Assembly (NCBI RefSeq): GCF_006345805.1
Contig: NC_043001.1
Coordinates: 90,210,001-90,274,000 of the forward strand
Reading direction: 5' to 3'
Length of the DNA: 64,000 nucleotides
Source of the DNA: Octopus sinensis
Lineage: Eukaryota
Part shown: one piece after another, positions 13,943-28,425 of the stretch
Numbering within the stretch: position 1 is the stretch's first letter
How the letters are laid out: each line of letters opens with the position of its first letter
Notes under the pieces: model-generated
The model's input: only the letters and a program-made list of their open reading frames with translations
Databases searched by the model: none
What the model was told of the DNA's origin: nothing
Translations under genes and position numbers: made by a program

Positions 13943-15382
13943 ATGTGTGTGTTTGTATGTTTGTGTGTGTACACATATATATACAGGTATAAGCACACAC
14001 ATACATATGCATACAGATATTGAGCATATACACACATTCACACGTACACATACACATGCATATTCACACATATTCACACATATTCACACATACACGCCAC
14101 ACTCAAACAAATTGGTTATGTAAAATAACGTTACAATTGTTGTCAGTTCTTAGTTGATGCTATAAATTCAAGCTACAATAAGTTGCATCTTTTATGGACA
14201 ATTCCGATCTGACTCAGTAAAATTATTAGGTTGGTTCTCTAAAAAGCAGAGAGTGAAAAAAATGACGAAAAAAGGAATAAATAAATAAATTAAAATCTCG
14301 TTAATCGCTCTGAGGCTTTAATATTGATGATCATGTGATTAACTGCGATTACAATAAATCTTTCTGTAATTAGTATGCTTTTTTTTTTCTCCATCTAACA
14401 CTCAGTCTCTCTTTCTCAAGTATTTTTCTACTCATGATCGTGTGCATATACACACAGTCACACATTTATACACGCATTCACACACGAACATACAAATACC
14501 TTCCCTGCGCGCGCGCATACACACACAGAGTTACACTCACACAAACACTTATGTATATAGAGACACGCTCACTCTGACATGTGCTCACATAGTCTTATAA
14601 CTATTTGAAATTACCGTTCATATATATGTCACAAGTCGAAGTAGATGAAGCTATTCCATTTACCAGATGTTATGGTATCCTGTAGTTGAGAGGATCCCTT
14701 TTCTTTTTTATTATGGTTTAGCTCGAAATGTAAGGCAAAGGTAAGTCTATAACCATTCCATTTCCAGATTAGTGGAACTCGAACCAGAGACTTTGTGAGA
14801 ATGTTTGCAGCAGAACTAACTGCGAAAGGCACCCAATGACCAAGTGGTAGTATGAAATTCAGTGATAGATTAATCCCATACTGTAGGTGAGGTGCAATGT
14901 ATCTGAAGAGCTTTCGTACTGTTACTTTATATCAAATTTGACCAACGAGGTTTGCGCTAATCTGAGGCTAAATTAGAGAATATCTATACAAAATGCAGAA
15001 GGAAACCGGGTAACTACATAGTCACGTCTTGATAAGCACGATAATCTAATCATTATTGTGAGCTGTAACTTGAAAATGTCGGATATCACTCGATAATGTT
15101 GATGTATCATTCTTCTCTCTGTGTCTGAAGGATAAATCGTGGTTAAAGTAACATTGCATAAACGTACCTATTACCATACAAATGTAGTTTACGGTCTAAG
15201 GCGTGTCTCAATTTAGTAGAGCCGGCTTCTGCTTTATATCTTATCGTCTCTGCATTGCATAACAAGTGAACATGCCTTAAGAAACTTTAAAAGAGTATGA
15301 TACTAAATTTGACATCAAGTGGAAAATACTAGATAGGTGCGGGACTAAAACGGGGAAAATATAATATATGTAATATATATAT

Positions 15383-15450
<68 letters not shown>

Positions 15451-16772
15451 AGACGTGTGATCTTGACGTTTAATGTAATAATATTTTCTAATATAGGAAC
15501 AAGGCCTGAAGTTTTATTTTGATAGGTGACGGTACTAGTCAAGCACTGGAATTTTGATTACATTGCAACAGGCCTATTGGGAGGAATGCTTGAGCTACAC
15601 ACAGTTTTATCATGTTGCCTTCGTTTCACAACGAGAAAAACATTCACTGGAGAGGATTTGAATTCTTGGTGGGGTTCCATAACATACGATGAACACAATA
15701 CAAAAGTGCGAAACGTGTTAGGTGAAAACGATTAAGGGTTGTTTTTGAAGATTCCTAAGAAGTATGTATCTGTAAATGTTCGTGCCTCGTGACTTTAAAA
15801 GTAAAATTGAAGCTTTATCGGATGTCCTGTCATCTTTGAGAAGGGCAGCTGAAGGAAGAGACCTGGAGCATTAACAAACAAAGCCTAACTTCAGAAGCCA
15901 CGTCAACATTTCTGCTCCCAAATTAGTCTTTACCCATCACTTGTTTGGCAAAGCATGAGACCCCCATTGTCTTGTAGCTGGCCTACTCCCTAAATTTTAT
16001 CTCTGACAATTTTTTTTTTACTTTTGTTCTAAAATTTAAATCAACTCCGAATGTCAACGATATCAAGCGCTAGAAAGAATCGAAGAGAAATTACTATGAG
16101 AAGCCTGTACTACACTTCAAAATGTGTTCCAAAGCTGGGATAAATCGTCGATATTAGGGTAGCAACAAAAGCAAGAAATATTTATAAAACGACATATCTA
16201 ATTTAGCTGTAAAGCCATGAATACAATCTTAAAATTATATATATATATTTATATGAATATGTGTGTATTTATATGGGTATATGTATGAATATATGAATAT
16301 ATATAAATATAAGTATATATATATGTATATACTTACACATACATACACATATATGTGTGTATATGTGTGTGTTTGTGTGTGTGTGTATGTGTGTGTGTGT
16401 GTGTTCACATACACACACATGATCTCCCAAGGGGCATTTTGCCAATATTAGAATCTAATATTTAACGTAATACTTGGAGAATTTATTGAGATATACTTTT
16501 GTGTTAACTCCTTCAAACAAACTCAAAAGAATATTAATAAACACACCAATGTCGTTCGCAAACCATACATACATACTGGAATAGGGATATAACAAATTAA
16601 TTTATCAACATAGCTATAACCACTTCAAGGATCTACATAAAAGACTTTATGTAGAAAACTGAAAACTGCTAACTTTATTGAAAACACCTTTAGTGGCGGA
16701 TCTAATTTTTTTGTCACTAAGAAAGAAAACTACGATAAAGGATAACTCATGAAATAACGATATATATATATA

Positions 16773-17301
16773 TCTATATATATAAAACTCTAGTTGTGTG
16801 AGTGTCTGTCCCCTTCGATTTAGATTCCTAACTCTCCTCCCACATTTTGCGGTGCAGTTAACCAATTCGGGTATCTTTAGTCGTGATTCATATCGAGCCC
16901 GTCTGAGTATTAGCGCGCGTCAACGATGAGTCTACGATTTTAAAAATAATTTAACATCATTTTTTATTCCATTTTAATGCATAAAATGCATCGTGTGTCG
17001 ATAGCGGCGGAGTTGGCGTCCACGCTCACAGCTGCACTTGTTTGCTTCTCCCCCTTCCCTCCCTCGTGAAGCTGTGGGGAAGGGAGTGTAAAGAAATCAA
17101 CGTCGTAATGCGTTGTTAAGGAAACCAGCGTTCTTTTAGAACAACGACTTCATGGCTTGAAGACACTGAGTCAACGATTTAAAAAAAAATTATCATCATT
17201 TTTTATTCCATTTTTAATGCATTTTTTTGCTATAACTCTCTAACAATGCTTATATAGTTATTTCCCTTACAAACCCGAGCAACGCCGGGCAATACTGCTA
17301 G
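16773..17301 (+). mobile_element. Non-autonomous Helitron, copy 1
   Basis: 5' TC(TATATATATAAAAC); 3' hairpin CCCGAGCAACGCCGGG followed by CTAG terminus at 17298-17301; A before the 5' end and T after the 3' end. Confidence 0.85.
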
Positions 17302-18110
<809 letters not shown>

Positions 18111-18440
18111 TATTGTATGTATGTGTGTGTTGTGTTTATCAGGTAAGGTATTTAGTAGCTTTCCTTTGTTCCTAGATAGCGAAGACATATCCAGCAAGAT
18201 GAGATGTAATGCATCTATTACACATCTAGGAGAGGCTACTCTTCCTGTCAATGGTGTATGCATGCATGTATGTATGTATGTATTATGTATGTATGTATGT
18301 GCGTATGTAAGTACGTATGTATGTGTTTGTATATATATAATATCCGTATGTATGTATGTATGTATGTATGTATGTATGTATGTATGTATGTATGTATGTA
18401 TGTATGTATGTATGTTTATGTATGTACGTATGTATGTATT

Positions 18441-18489
<49 letters not shown>

Positions 18490-19809
18490 GCATACAGTCT
18501 GATGATGGCTTAGCTGGTAGAAAGTTTGAAGTTACTGTCAATAATATTCTATTCTTGTTATAAAATAATAAATTTGTATTCTACACAAGTATGGAATAAT
18601 CCTTCAGATTAATGTAAACATTAATATACACATATGCATATATATACATACATGCATACACATATACGTATACATACCGTATATATACACACGCAAATAA
18701 ATGTGACAAGAGGTTGAACACAGTTACATATCTAGGTTTTGTTAATCTACACCGTGATACATACTCAAGAGATTTAAAGTAGATTAACAAACCAATTAGC
18801 TCTGGATTTTTTTATTAATTTCAAATCGGTTGCTATTTACATGATGGAGAGATAATCGCTAGATCAATTGAGTACAGGAGCTAGCAGTGAAATCACATGT
18901 AGTTAAAGGCTTTTGCTAATACTGTTGTTAAATTTAGATTTCTTGTACTTCTTTAGTGTTACTGACAAGCTAACGTATGTTGCGATTTCTACCTATCAGG
19001 ATTTATTGCCATGATATGGAACATTCAACGAGCTTCTCATGCTAATAAAAGAGCTTCTATGTTGTCAATTAGAAGCTAAATTATCTTACACTAAAAACAA
19101 TTGTTTTTAGATAATTTATGTTTTGTTATGTGTCTGCTAGAACAGAGCTAAGAAATGTCCATCCCAAATCAATATCACAAACGACATAATCTCCCCTAAC
19201 AGCAATAGCAACATATTATCAAGAAGTAGAAAAAAGCGTTATGTATTATATTATGTAACATTCCGTTAGAAATGATGCCTTTGTGTCACAAAATCGTTGC
19301 CAATTGATCCAATGTTGAGCATTCTGTATAAAAAAGATCGAAAATTCCAAACCTCAGAAACAGAGATAACGAAAAATGGAAACCTTGAAAATTAGAAATT
19401 GTTTCGGGCTTTTCAAAACCATGAAATTGTAAACAACAGGTAAAAAAAGTACATGAGGAAAAGAAAAGAAAAGCATGCATATAATACCTTATAGTTACAT
19501 AAATTCCGATTAGTTTTCCTCGGAAACATATATAGTAAATATCTACCTATTCTATTCCCTAGACCTACAAATATATTTTTTTAGGATCATCCCGCAAGGT
19601 GGGAGGATGACCTGAAAAAGAAAATTATCTTTTTCAATTTTTCCCTTTAAAAGGCATGCATTTCTAAGAATATTATGACAAATCAAATTCGGGAGAAGGT
19701 CAGAATTATCGAAACTACACTCCACTAACTTTTTCTAAGATACCTCTGAAAATTTTCATTCGAAATTATGCACTTTTAAGAAATTTATGAGAATACTTAT
19801 CCTCACTGT

Positions 19810-20116
19810 TCTCGAGCCTATGGGTTCAGTCCCACCGCGTGACACCCTGAGCAAGTGGTTATAGCCCCGAGCTAACCAAAGCCTTGGATTGGACTTGTTA
19901 GATAGAAACTGAAAGTAGTTCATTGTGTGTGTGCGTATTTGTTCCCCCATCAACTCTTGAGAACCGGTGTTAGTTTGTTTACGTCCGATTACCAAAACTA
20001 TTCAGCAAATGACCGATAGAATAAGTACCAAACTATAAAAAATAAAACATAAGTACTGGTAGCAATGTGTTGGACTAAATTCCTTCAAAGCAGTGACTTC
20101 GCATAGCTGCAGTCTA
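19810..20116 (+). mobile_element. Degenerate SINE family A
   Basis: GGGTTCAGTCCCACCGCGTG...GACCGATAGAATAAGTAC. Confidence 0.75.
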
Positions 20117-20171
20117 ATTATATATATATATAAGTTTATGAAAGAATGGAGTTGAACGACTTGTTAACAAA

Positions 20172-20271
20172 TTTCCTTTATTTTCGACATATGTTTCGAA
20201 GGCTGCATATTCCTAATTCCGAAGGAATAAGGAGTACATTATGCAGATTTCTCATCAGGAAAGTCAAGGAA
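20172..20271 (-). ncRNA. Type I hammerhead ribozyme motif, canonical core, GUC cleavage predicted between 20186 and 20185
   Basis: Minus strand: TTCCTTGACTTTC CTGATGA GAAATCTGCATA...TATGCAGCCTTC GAAA C ATAT GTC GAAAATAAAGGAA. Stem I has 11 of 13 pairs; stem III is 2 bp with a palindromic ATAT loop. Confidence 0.8.
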
Positions 20272-21131
20272 CTTATGTCGACATCAAAATGCACAAAAAG
20301 CTTTTAGCTGACTGCTCTCAAGGAGCCCATGGCGATAATGAGTGTCTGTTTATAAGGAGTGACGACAGAGTGGCTGAATGTAGAAGAATCTAGAAGGATC
20401 TAAAGGTTCAAGGGTTCAAACGAAGTAGGAGGAGGGAGGCATAAGAATATTAAGGTGAGAGAGTGCAGGTCAAAAGAATGGTGGGTTTAATTGATTTCTT
20501 TTATGAATGAGTGCCTGTGCGTGTGACTGTATATAACTGTCATAATGTGTGTATGTGTGTGTGAATGCGTGATTGTGTTTGTGGATGGGTAGATGTCAGA
20601 AAACTGACAGCTGTGAGGTGAGAGGTCTGTGTCTGTGTGTTCGATTGTGTTTGCTGTAGAGAAAGGGAAGTAGAGATAGAAAGGGAGGAAGAGTCGGGCG
20701 AGGTGAGAGGCAACGCTGGAATGGGTAGTAGTTCTTGGAATTATAAGAAAATCTTTTGACTATTGGGGTGAAATATAACAAAACTTTTTTGGAAATCGAG
20801 GGGTTATCTATATTAGTCACTATTCATATGAGTGAAAGGTGTGTCGTTTCCAGTGTAAACACCTGTAGGACCTTTCGACGATTGTATTTATTAAAGGAAC
20901 TTTGGCGAACAAAATATGAAAAAGTTCGGAATTACAGATGTCACAAAATTTTCTGCCCTTATCAAACGGGAAGGACACCGACAAAATGGACCATTCCAGC
21001 TTGAAAGTAGTATTATTGTTCTTCAGACGCCAGACTAATTTGCTTAGCCCCGTGCTGTGTTGCTTTCTCTTATCTCTGAGGTATCAGTTATCTTTCGAAT
21101 TATCCTTAATAAGATAATTCATTCAACTACT

Positions 21132-21193
<62 letters not shown>

Positions 21194-21197
<4 letters not shown>

Positions 21198-22004
21198 AAT
21201 TAAGGACTGAACACGAAAAGTGGACAGTCAACATGCTAGATATAGACTCAAATCGCCATTCACCACAAAAGATTATTTTCTCAGATCAAACTCAACACAA
21301 AACCATAGCAATAAACAAGTGAAATATACGAAATAAAATAATTACCCATGTACTAAATTAGTTTCAGCTGTTATTTTCCGCAAGGAAAACTGCAGCCATC
21401 ATCAGCATGGTCCGTTATAAATGTAATTTGCTGGACTAGATGCAAACACGATACCGAAATATCGCGTGCATGGAGTTCAGCCTATTACATTTGAATATAT
21501 CTTTCAAATGCCTTTACTTTGGCGCGTTGGAACCCGAGAAAACTAGCCTGCAGCTAATAATTAGCAGCAGTTAATTTATCGTTAGAGAACATATTTATTT
21601 ATATAAATTAATTAAGGGTAGAAATTGATATTTATCAATTAAGACCAGTGGTCTAGCATATTAAAAAAGAATCCGAAGATTAAAATATTTATATATACCA
21701 ATTAAGGACTGAACACGAAAAGTGGACAGTCAACATGCTAGATATAGACGTCAAATCGCCATTCACCACAAAAGATTATGTTCTCAGATCAAACTCAACA
21801 CAAAACCATAGCAATAAACAAGTGAAAAATATACGAATTAAAATAATTACCCATGTACTAAATTAGTTTCAGCTGTTATTTTCCGTGTTCAGTCCTTAAT
21901 TGGTATATATAAATATTTTAATCTTCGGATTCTTTTTTAATATGCTAGACCACTGGTCTTAATTGATCAATATCAATTTCTCTACCCTTAATTAATTTTA
22001 TATA
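21194..22004 (-). mobile_element. Penelope-like/retrozyme-like short element: ~503-bp unit, partial direct duplicate and inverted terminal segment, in (TA)n
   Basis: 21194-21380 repeats at 21696-21885; 21884-22004 is the reverse complement of 21600-21717; contains a hammerhead motif. Confidence 0.7.
21344..21412 (-). ncRNA. Type I hammerhead ribozyme motif with one extra nt after A9, GUA cleavage predicted between 21351 and 21350
   Basis: Minus strand: GACCATG CTGATGA T GGCTG cagTTTTCCttgcGGAAAAtaa CAGCT GAAA CTAATTTAG TA CATGGGT. Confidence 0.72.
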
Positions 22005-22017
22005 TATATATAATCTA

Positions 22018-22062
<45 letters not shown>

Positions 22063-22491
22063 GATTTGAGGGAATATTAATCCTAACTTACAGGGAAAAA
22101 TTCAATTAGAAATACTAATCAATTTTCACACAATATAATATATATTCTTTTATTCTGTTATAGGTTTCAGCCCTGAGGCTGTGGTCACATAGGTATCTGC
22201 TTTTGAAGATAGATTTGTTTATTAGGCCACGCAGGGCCGAACACAGAGGGGATAATACAATGTAGAATTTTTCTTTTCAAAACCGATCAATAGGGGTCCA
22301 AAACGTTTTGGGATGTGTACAAAAAGAGATAACAAGGTAGCGTTTTAACAACAGAAATTCCCAAAAGGGGTGGAGAAATATAATACTAACTAGGATTATC
22401 CGTGGAAGCAAAAACCTACCAAAAAAAAAAAACACCACGGTAACCTCGGAATATATATATACACACACACACACACACATACATATATAGT

Positions 22492-22825
22492 GAAGGCGCA
22501 TGGCTCAGTGATTAGAGCGTCGAGCTTACGATCGCGAAGTTGTGAGTTTGAATCCTGGAGCGGGCTGCGCGTTGTGTTCTTGAGCAAGGTACTTTATTTC
22601 AAGTTGCTCCAGTTCACTCAGTCTGTAGAAATGAGTTGCGACGTCAATGGTGCCAACTCTGTATCGGACTTTGCCTTTCCCTTGGATAGCACTGGTGGTG
22701 TTGGAGAAGGGAGACCGTAACATGGGCGACTGCTGGTCTTCCATAAACAACCTTTGCCCAGACTTGTGCCTGGAGGGTAACTTTCTAGGTGCAATCCCAT
22801 GGTCATCATGACCGAAGGGAGTCTC
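22492..22825 (+). mobile_element. tRNA-derived SINE (family C), full length
   Basis: Box A TGGCTCAGTGATTAG, box B GTTTGAATCC, then CTTGAGCAAGGTACTTTATTTC body. Confidence 0.85.
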
Positions 22826-23059
22826 AGCAATATATATATATATATATATATATATTAGTATATATATTATATATATATATATACCACACACACACCACCA
22901 CCACACCACACACACACACCACACATACACACATAAATATACACTCACATTTAGTGAAATGCCCCATCTTATGATTTCGGAATAACAATACCTTAAGAGC
23001 TGCATTACGTTTCTCAATGAAAATCAAGTTCGCCTCATTGCATTTCTACTGATTTCAAA

Positions 23060-23250
23060 CTTTGGCACAAAGCCAGCAATTTCGGTCCAGGGTATAAGTC
23101 GTTCGATCCCATTGATGAAGTGATACTTATTTGATCGACTCTAATTGGATGAACGGCAAAGTCAACCTCGGCGGAATTTGAACTCAGAGCGCAAAGAAGA
23201 ACTAAATGCCGCTAGGCTTTTTAACCAGCTTGCCAACGACTCTGCTGCCT
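23060..23250 (-). mobile_element. SINE family B
   Basis: GGCAAAGTCAACCTCGGCGGAATTTGAACTCAG. Confidence 0.8.
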
Positions 23251-24551
23251 TTAGCATTGCATTTATATCAACTGCAATGGCATGATTTAGAAGATTTACA
23301 GTCGAAAAGGAAACAGAAGGAAAGAAGAAAAGCAAAGACAGAAGTATGTGGTGTAAGATAAAGTAAAAAATACAACACGTTATGTTTAGAAAAATATATT
23401 GAAAGATCGGTTACATTTGCTTCTAAATTTTAATTAATTGAACAATGCTATTGTTTAAATAAACAAATCGATTTGTCGCTGATTAGCTAAAGCATATAAA
23501 GCAACATTGTTTTTAAAGAAAACTATTTTCTATTACAATTGAAAGATCCTGCAAACCGACAGTATAATTTATATCTAAAACCATGTCGTTTGTTTAAATA
23601 ATGTGTAAATAAACGTGTAGATAAATATATTTGCGTCGGTGAAAAACGTAAAGCGTACTGAGTAATATTTATTTGCGAGCATTTATTAATTGAGATCCGT
23701 ATTAGATTAATTCGAAGACGTTAAATTAATTGAAATTTATATTAGCATAAATCGAAGGGATATTCTCAAATTTGGCAGGCTCTATTTAAATCAACAATTG
23801 TAAAAACCGGGGTAAAATTTAAGGAAACGGAAAATAAATAGTCATTTTGAAATATGATTTTACAGTTCATATAATTGGAATAATTAATATAAATCCAGAA
23901 TAGGGAATAAAATTCACTATATAGGGATAAAACAAACAGTTCTCAAAGTTGAAATCAATTTTCGTCTGCTACAGATTAAATCTATGTGGTGTGAAGACTG
24001 TACGTCTATGAGAGAATACCACACTTAATTAGGTATTCTAGGATATATCTGCTTTGAATATGATACAGAGATTGCGATTTTAAAGTAATACTGCTTCTGT
24101 TGCACACAGTGAAAGCATACATACATATGGCCATACATATACACGTATATATGTATTTATATACGCACGTATGTGCTTTATAAATATATATATGCGTACA
24201 TATATACACACACACACACATATATATATATTTCTTTTCTTTTTGTTGGTCTAGTTATTTATCAGTTTGTCCTTCTATTATTCTGTCGCGTATGTCCATG
24301 CATTTATTGTATGCGGCAGTAAGTCTTTATCACTGCTAGCAATTCTATTTATAATACATCGATTTTTGCCAATAAGAAATAATTAATTCTTTTAATTAAA
24401 GTAACTTTCTCCGTTTTCATTATTTTGTTTTTCTCAATCACATTCTGTCTTACAGCAATATCTGCCTTGTTTGATATTCAGTCTGATTATTTTTGCAGCT
24501 CTGCCTCTACTTTCTCTCCCATTTACTCTTCTTTTCTCCCTTCTTTTCTTC

Positions 24552-24605
<54 letters not shown>

Positions 24606-24908
24606 GTATACACACACATATATATACATATGCATATGCATATGCATATATACATATATGTGTGTGTATGCATACATGCAGACACACACACACACACAGA
24701 CACTCATACTGCTTTCTCACTCTCTTTTTCACCACAACTGTCAATTTGTCAATTGTTTATATTCACACATACACACACACACATACACGTAGATAAATAC
24801 ATATATAGATAGAAATATATATTTATATTTATATATGTGTGTTGTTATATATAATGTGTATATGTGTATATGTATATGTGTGCTTCTATATATATGTATG
24901 TATATATA

Positions 24909-24973
<65 letters not shown>

Positions 24974-25560
24974 GTGAAGGTATGTACATATACATACATG
25001 CATGCTTACATGTGTGCGTGTATCCATACGCTTAGCCATGCGTTCGTTTGTCTGTTTATGAAAAACAATATGAAAAAATAGCAACTGTAACATTATACTG
25101 TACAGAGAATTGTTAAGACGAAATGCACACAAAATATATCTCATAAACGTCTTCAACATAGCTTTTAAGAATAGCTATTTTGTAAACATCACTCATTATT
25201 CGACTTTTGTTAGTCCATAAACTGGCTGTCTCTATCAGACACAGTAATCTATAAACTATAGATAGCTTGTAGTTTTATTCAAAGCCATCTGTTTTCCTTT
25301 TATTCCGTTTCTTTCCAACAATGGTAGATTATTAAATATAAAATATTAGACACATGCTCTCTGTTTGAGAATTTTAGGAAAAAAATGCATAAAATACTTT
25401 TTCTTTTAGTTGAAATTGGTTAAAGTACTATTTTTATACTGTTTTCTCTTTTATTCTTTTTGTTGTTCATTTGTTGGTGTTTTTGTTTTTGTTGTTGTTT
25501 AACCCCAGGCCAATTCTAAATCGAGCAGCCTTTTCAGCAGTGACTATTAAAACTTTTATT

Positions 25561-25990
25561 TTTTTACTTGTCTCAGTCATCGGACTGCAGCCATGTTGGG
25601 GCACCGCCTTGGAAAACAAGTCGACCCCAATGCTCATTTTATGCCTGGGACTTAATCTGTCGGTTCTTCCCCGAGAACCGTTAAGTTATAGCGACAAGAA
25701 ACCAAGACAAGTTGTCAAGTGCTGTGGTAAGGAAGTCAATGACTTTCATTTGTATACATAAGTATGTACATATATTCTCACACTCGCACATACACACATA
25801 CACACACGCACACACGCACACACACACATACACACACACGCGCACACACACACACATCTAGTCACAAGGCATTAAGACGACCGGAAGCTGTAGTAGAAGA
25901 CACTTGCCTAAGTTGTTGCACAGTGGGACTGAACCAGAAACAGTGTGGGTGGAAGCAAGCTTCTTACCAGAGAGCCAATTCTGCGTCCAT
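25561..25990 (-). mobile_element. SINE family A, degenerate
   Basis: Both halves flank a (CA)n tract; CAGTGGGACTGAACC. Confidence 0.8.
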
Positions 25991-26199
25991 AGCTTCTTAC
26001 TTCTTCCGCTGTATCTTTATTTATTGAAGAAATTGAAGAGCTAAAGTTATTTCTAAATGTTTCTGTCGCATATGGACACTCACTATTCGTTTCCTTATGT
26101 GTGTGTGAGCGAATGTGTGTATAGGTCTTTAGCTTTGGTTCGTTTTCAATTCATTAGCTTAGTAATGTATCTGTTTGTCTTTAGTTTTAGCTTTGTTAG

Positions 26200-26596
26200 T
26201 TCAAGGTCAAGTTTCGTAGATTCAAATACTATAGTAGTTGATCAATGTTCTAATCTTGTTGCTTCAGGTATTAATTTCATTGAATAACAGATATTTTAAA
26301 ATACCCATTTCTGTTGTTCAAGCACTAATTCCTTTGGTTAAAAAACAAAACTAGTTCGATAGTTTCAAAAATTAGCTTTGTTTGTTCTCGTATTAACTTC
26401 GTTGGTTCAAACACCAGTTTTGTTGACTCAAGTAGATGTTTCGTTGTTCCAAATACCAGATTTGATGGCCCAAGTACATACTTCACTGAGTCAAGAACCA
26501 GCTTCGTTGATTCAAGTGTTAGTTTCATTGGTTTAAATACCATCTCCATTGGTTCAAGTACAATCTTCGGCGGTTTAAGTTCCAATTTCGTTGATT

Positions 26597-26600
<4 letters not shown>
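26200..26600. repeat. Degenerate 21-nt tandem array
   Basis: Recurrent TTCGTTGATTCAA-like motif; minus-strand ORF 26325-26585 has 7-aa periodicity (EPTKLVF-like). Confidence 0.65.
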
Positions 26601-26640
<40 letters not shown>

Positions 26641-28040
26641 ACAATGATAATAACATCAACAGTGAGCGTTAATCTAAATGAAATATGTATTAATCATATA
26701 AAAAGAGTTGAAATAAAACTATCCCATAAGTCTTCATGGGTCATTGTATTACTATGAAATATTTTGTCTTCAAAGTTAAGGGAAAATTAAGGAAAATCAG
26801 AAATATTTGTCCGAGTGTGTAAGTAAAATGAAATGGTCCATCTGTAATTAGAATCCATTCTTATAACTGCTTTACGGTTTTCGATACATAGTCTCCTCAT
26901 TGGTGTAAGAGAAATTCAAGCTTTGGGATAGCGCTTAAATAAATGCTACAGAATGGTACATGATGTTAGAATAAATGACAATGATATTTGCCTTGTTCAA
27001 TAATAAATGCCTAGAATAGACGAGAAATATTTTGTGAATAGCCATCAAATTGTATGACCAGTTTACAATTATATTTGAGAAATCGTATTTTATGACAGAC
27101 ACAAAAAAAAGGTGAGTAAAGAAATGGAAAAATATAAATAGAATTAGAGAAGGAAGTGAATTAGAGAAGCTTTGAAGAAAGGAGACTTCAACAATGAATG
27201 ATCAAAATGCGGAGATGACAGAGCAACATACTTTGTGAGACACAATGGAATTGGAACTCCATTGTATCACTATATTCAGCTCTATTTATAAACATATAGC
27301 TCGCGGAAGTATTTTCTAATGGCTATGGTATACACACACATTGTTTAATGTAAACAATATATAATCATGAGCTACTAGTAGTTTCATACATTGAAGATAT
27401 CATCTAAGCAGGTTTTAAAATACACCTAGGGTCTCCAAGTAATCTTCAGGCTCTGGGCACATGGTCTATACAAGTTAGAAATCAGGGCAATAGAACTAGA
27501 GAAACCCTGAGAAAAAAACGAGAAGAAGGTGAGCTCAAGAAGTGGAATGATAAAAAAAAAGACGGAAAAAGTAAGGAAAAAAGAAAAAGGGAACTAGAGC
27601 TACGTCCCTTTTAACCGTAGAGCCGTGTGGCTAGATGGTGTAGAATCCAACGGAATGAGACGAAAGTTTCCGATACTTCTGCTCAATCCGGAGAGGGTGG
27701 TATTCTCTAATTCACCAATAGAAACTTGTCCAGGTGTTTCCATTTGCCGAAAATTTCTGTTCTAAAATTCAGGAATGAGGTGGAATTCTTAGATCTATTA
27801 AGGAAATACGATCTTTCGGTGACGCACAAATTGCATGTTTTATCCATTAACATATGATATAGATTTTTCTACGGTTATGAGACCGTTGGTCTTCAGACAT
27901 AGCTACGCTAACCATATATCTTCTAATAGTAGCTCATATTTTTATACCATGTACATTAAACAATATTTCAATATTTATCACTCACCAAATGGAGTACTTA
28001 TTTGTTGATTTTACTTTAACGAGAAAGTAAATTATATATA

Positions 28041-28425
28041 CTATAAATTGCTTCCAGGCTGCATGGTTCTGGGCTCAGTCCACAGCGTGGATCCTTGGTC
28101 AAATATCTTCTACTATAGCCTCGGACCGATCCAAACTTTGTACATATAATTTCCGTCTGCCAAATCCACTTATATATATATATATATATATATGTATATG
28201 TGTGTGTGTGTGTATTTATGTGAGTTTCTTTGTGTCTGTGTTTATCACTCATCACTACCTGCCAACCGGTGTTAGTCTATATTCCTGTAATCTAGCGGTT
28301 CGGCAAAAGGAGTCGACAGAATAAGTGCCAGCCATGAAAAGAAAGTTCTGTGATCGGTTCATTCGACTAAAATTCTTCAAGGCAGTACCCCTGCATGGCC
28401 GCAGTCTAAGGTAAAAGATAAAAGA
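28041..28425 (+). mobile_element. SINE family A, degenerate
   Basis: CTTCTACTATAGCCTCGG and TAGCGGTTCGGCAAAAGG motifs. Confidence 0.75.

Noticed and set aside
14731-14767. Consensus donor AAG/GTAAGT followed by TTTCCAG
   Set aside because: The implied intron is only ~27 nt and flanking frames close quickly
22492-22565. tRNA gene calls at SINE heads (also 38148, 58829)
   Set aside because: The acceptor stems do not close and the heads run into SINE bodies
27850-27905. Minus-strand CTGAAGA...ACGGT/ACCGT...GAAA
   Set aside because: Stem II is not adjacent to the core, and stems I and III are mostly G-U or unpaired; compatible with chance
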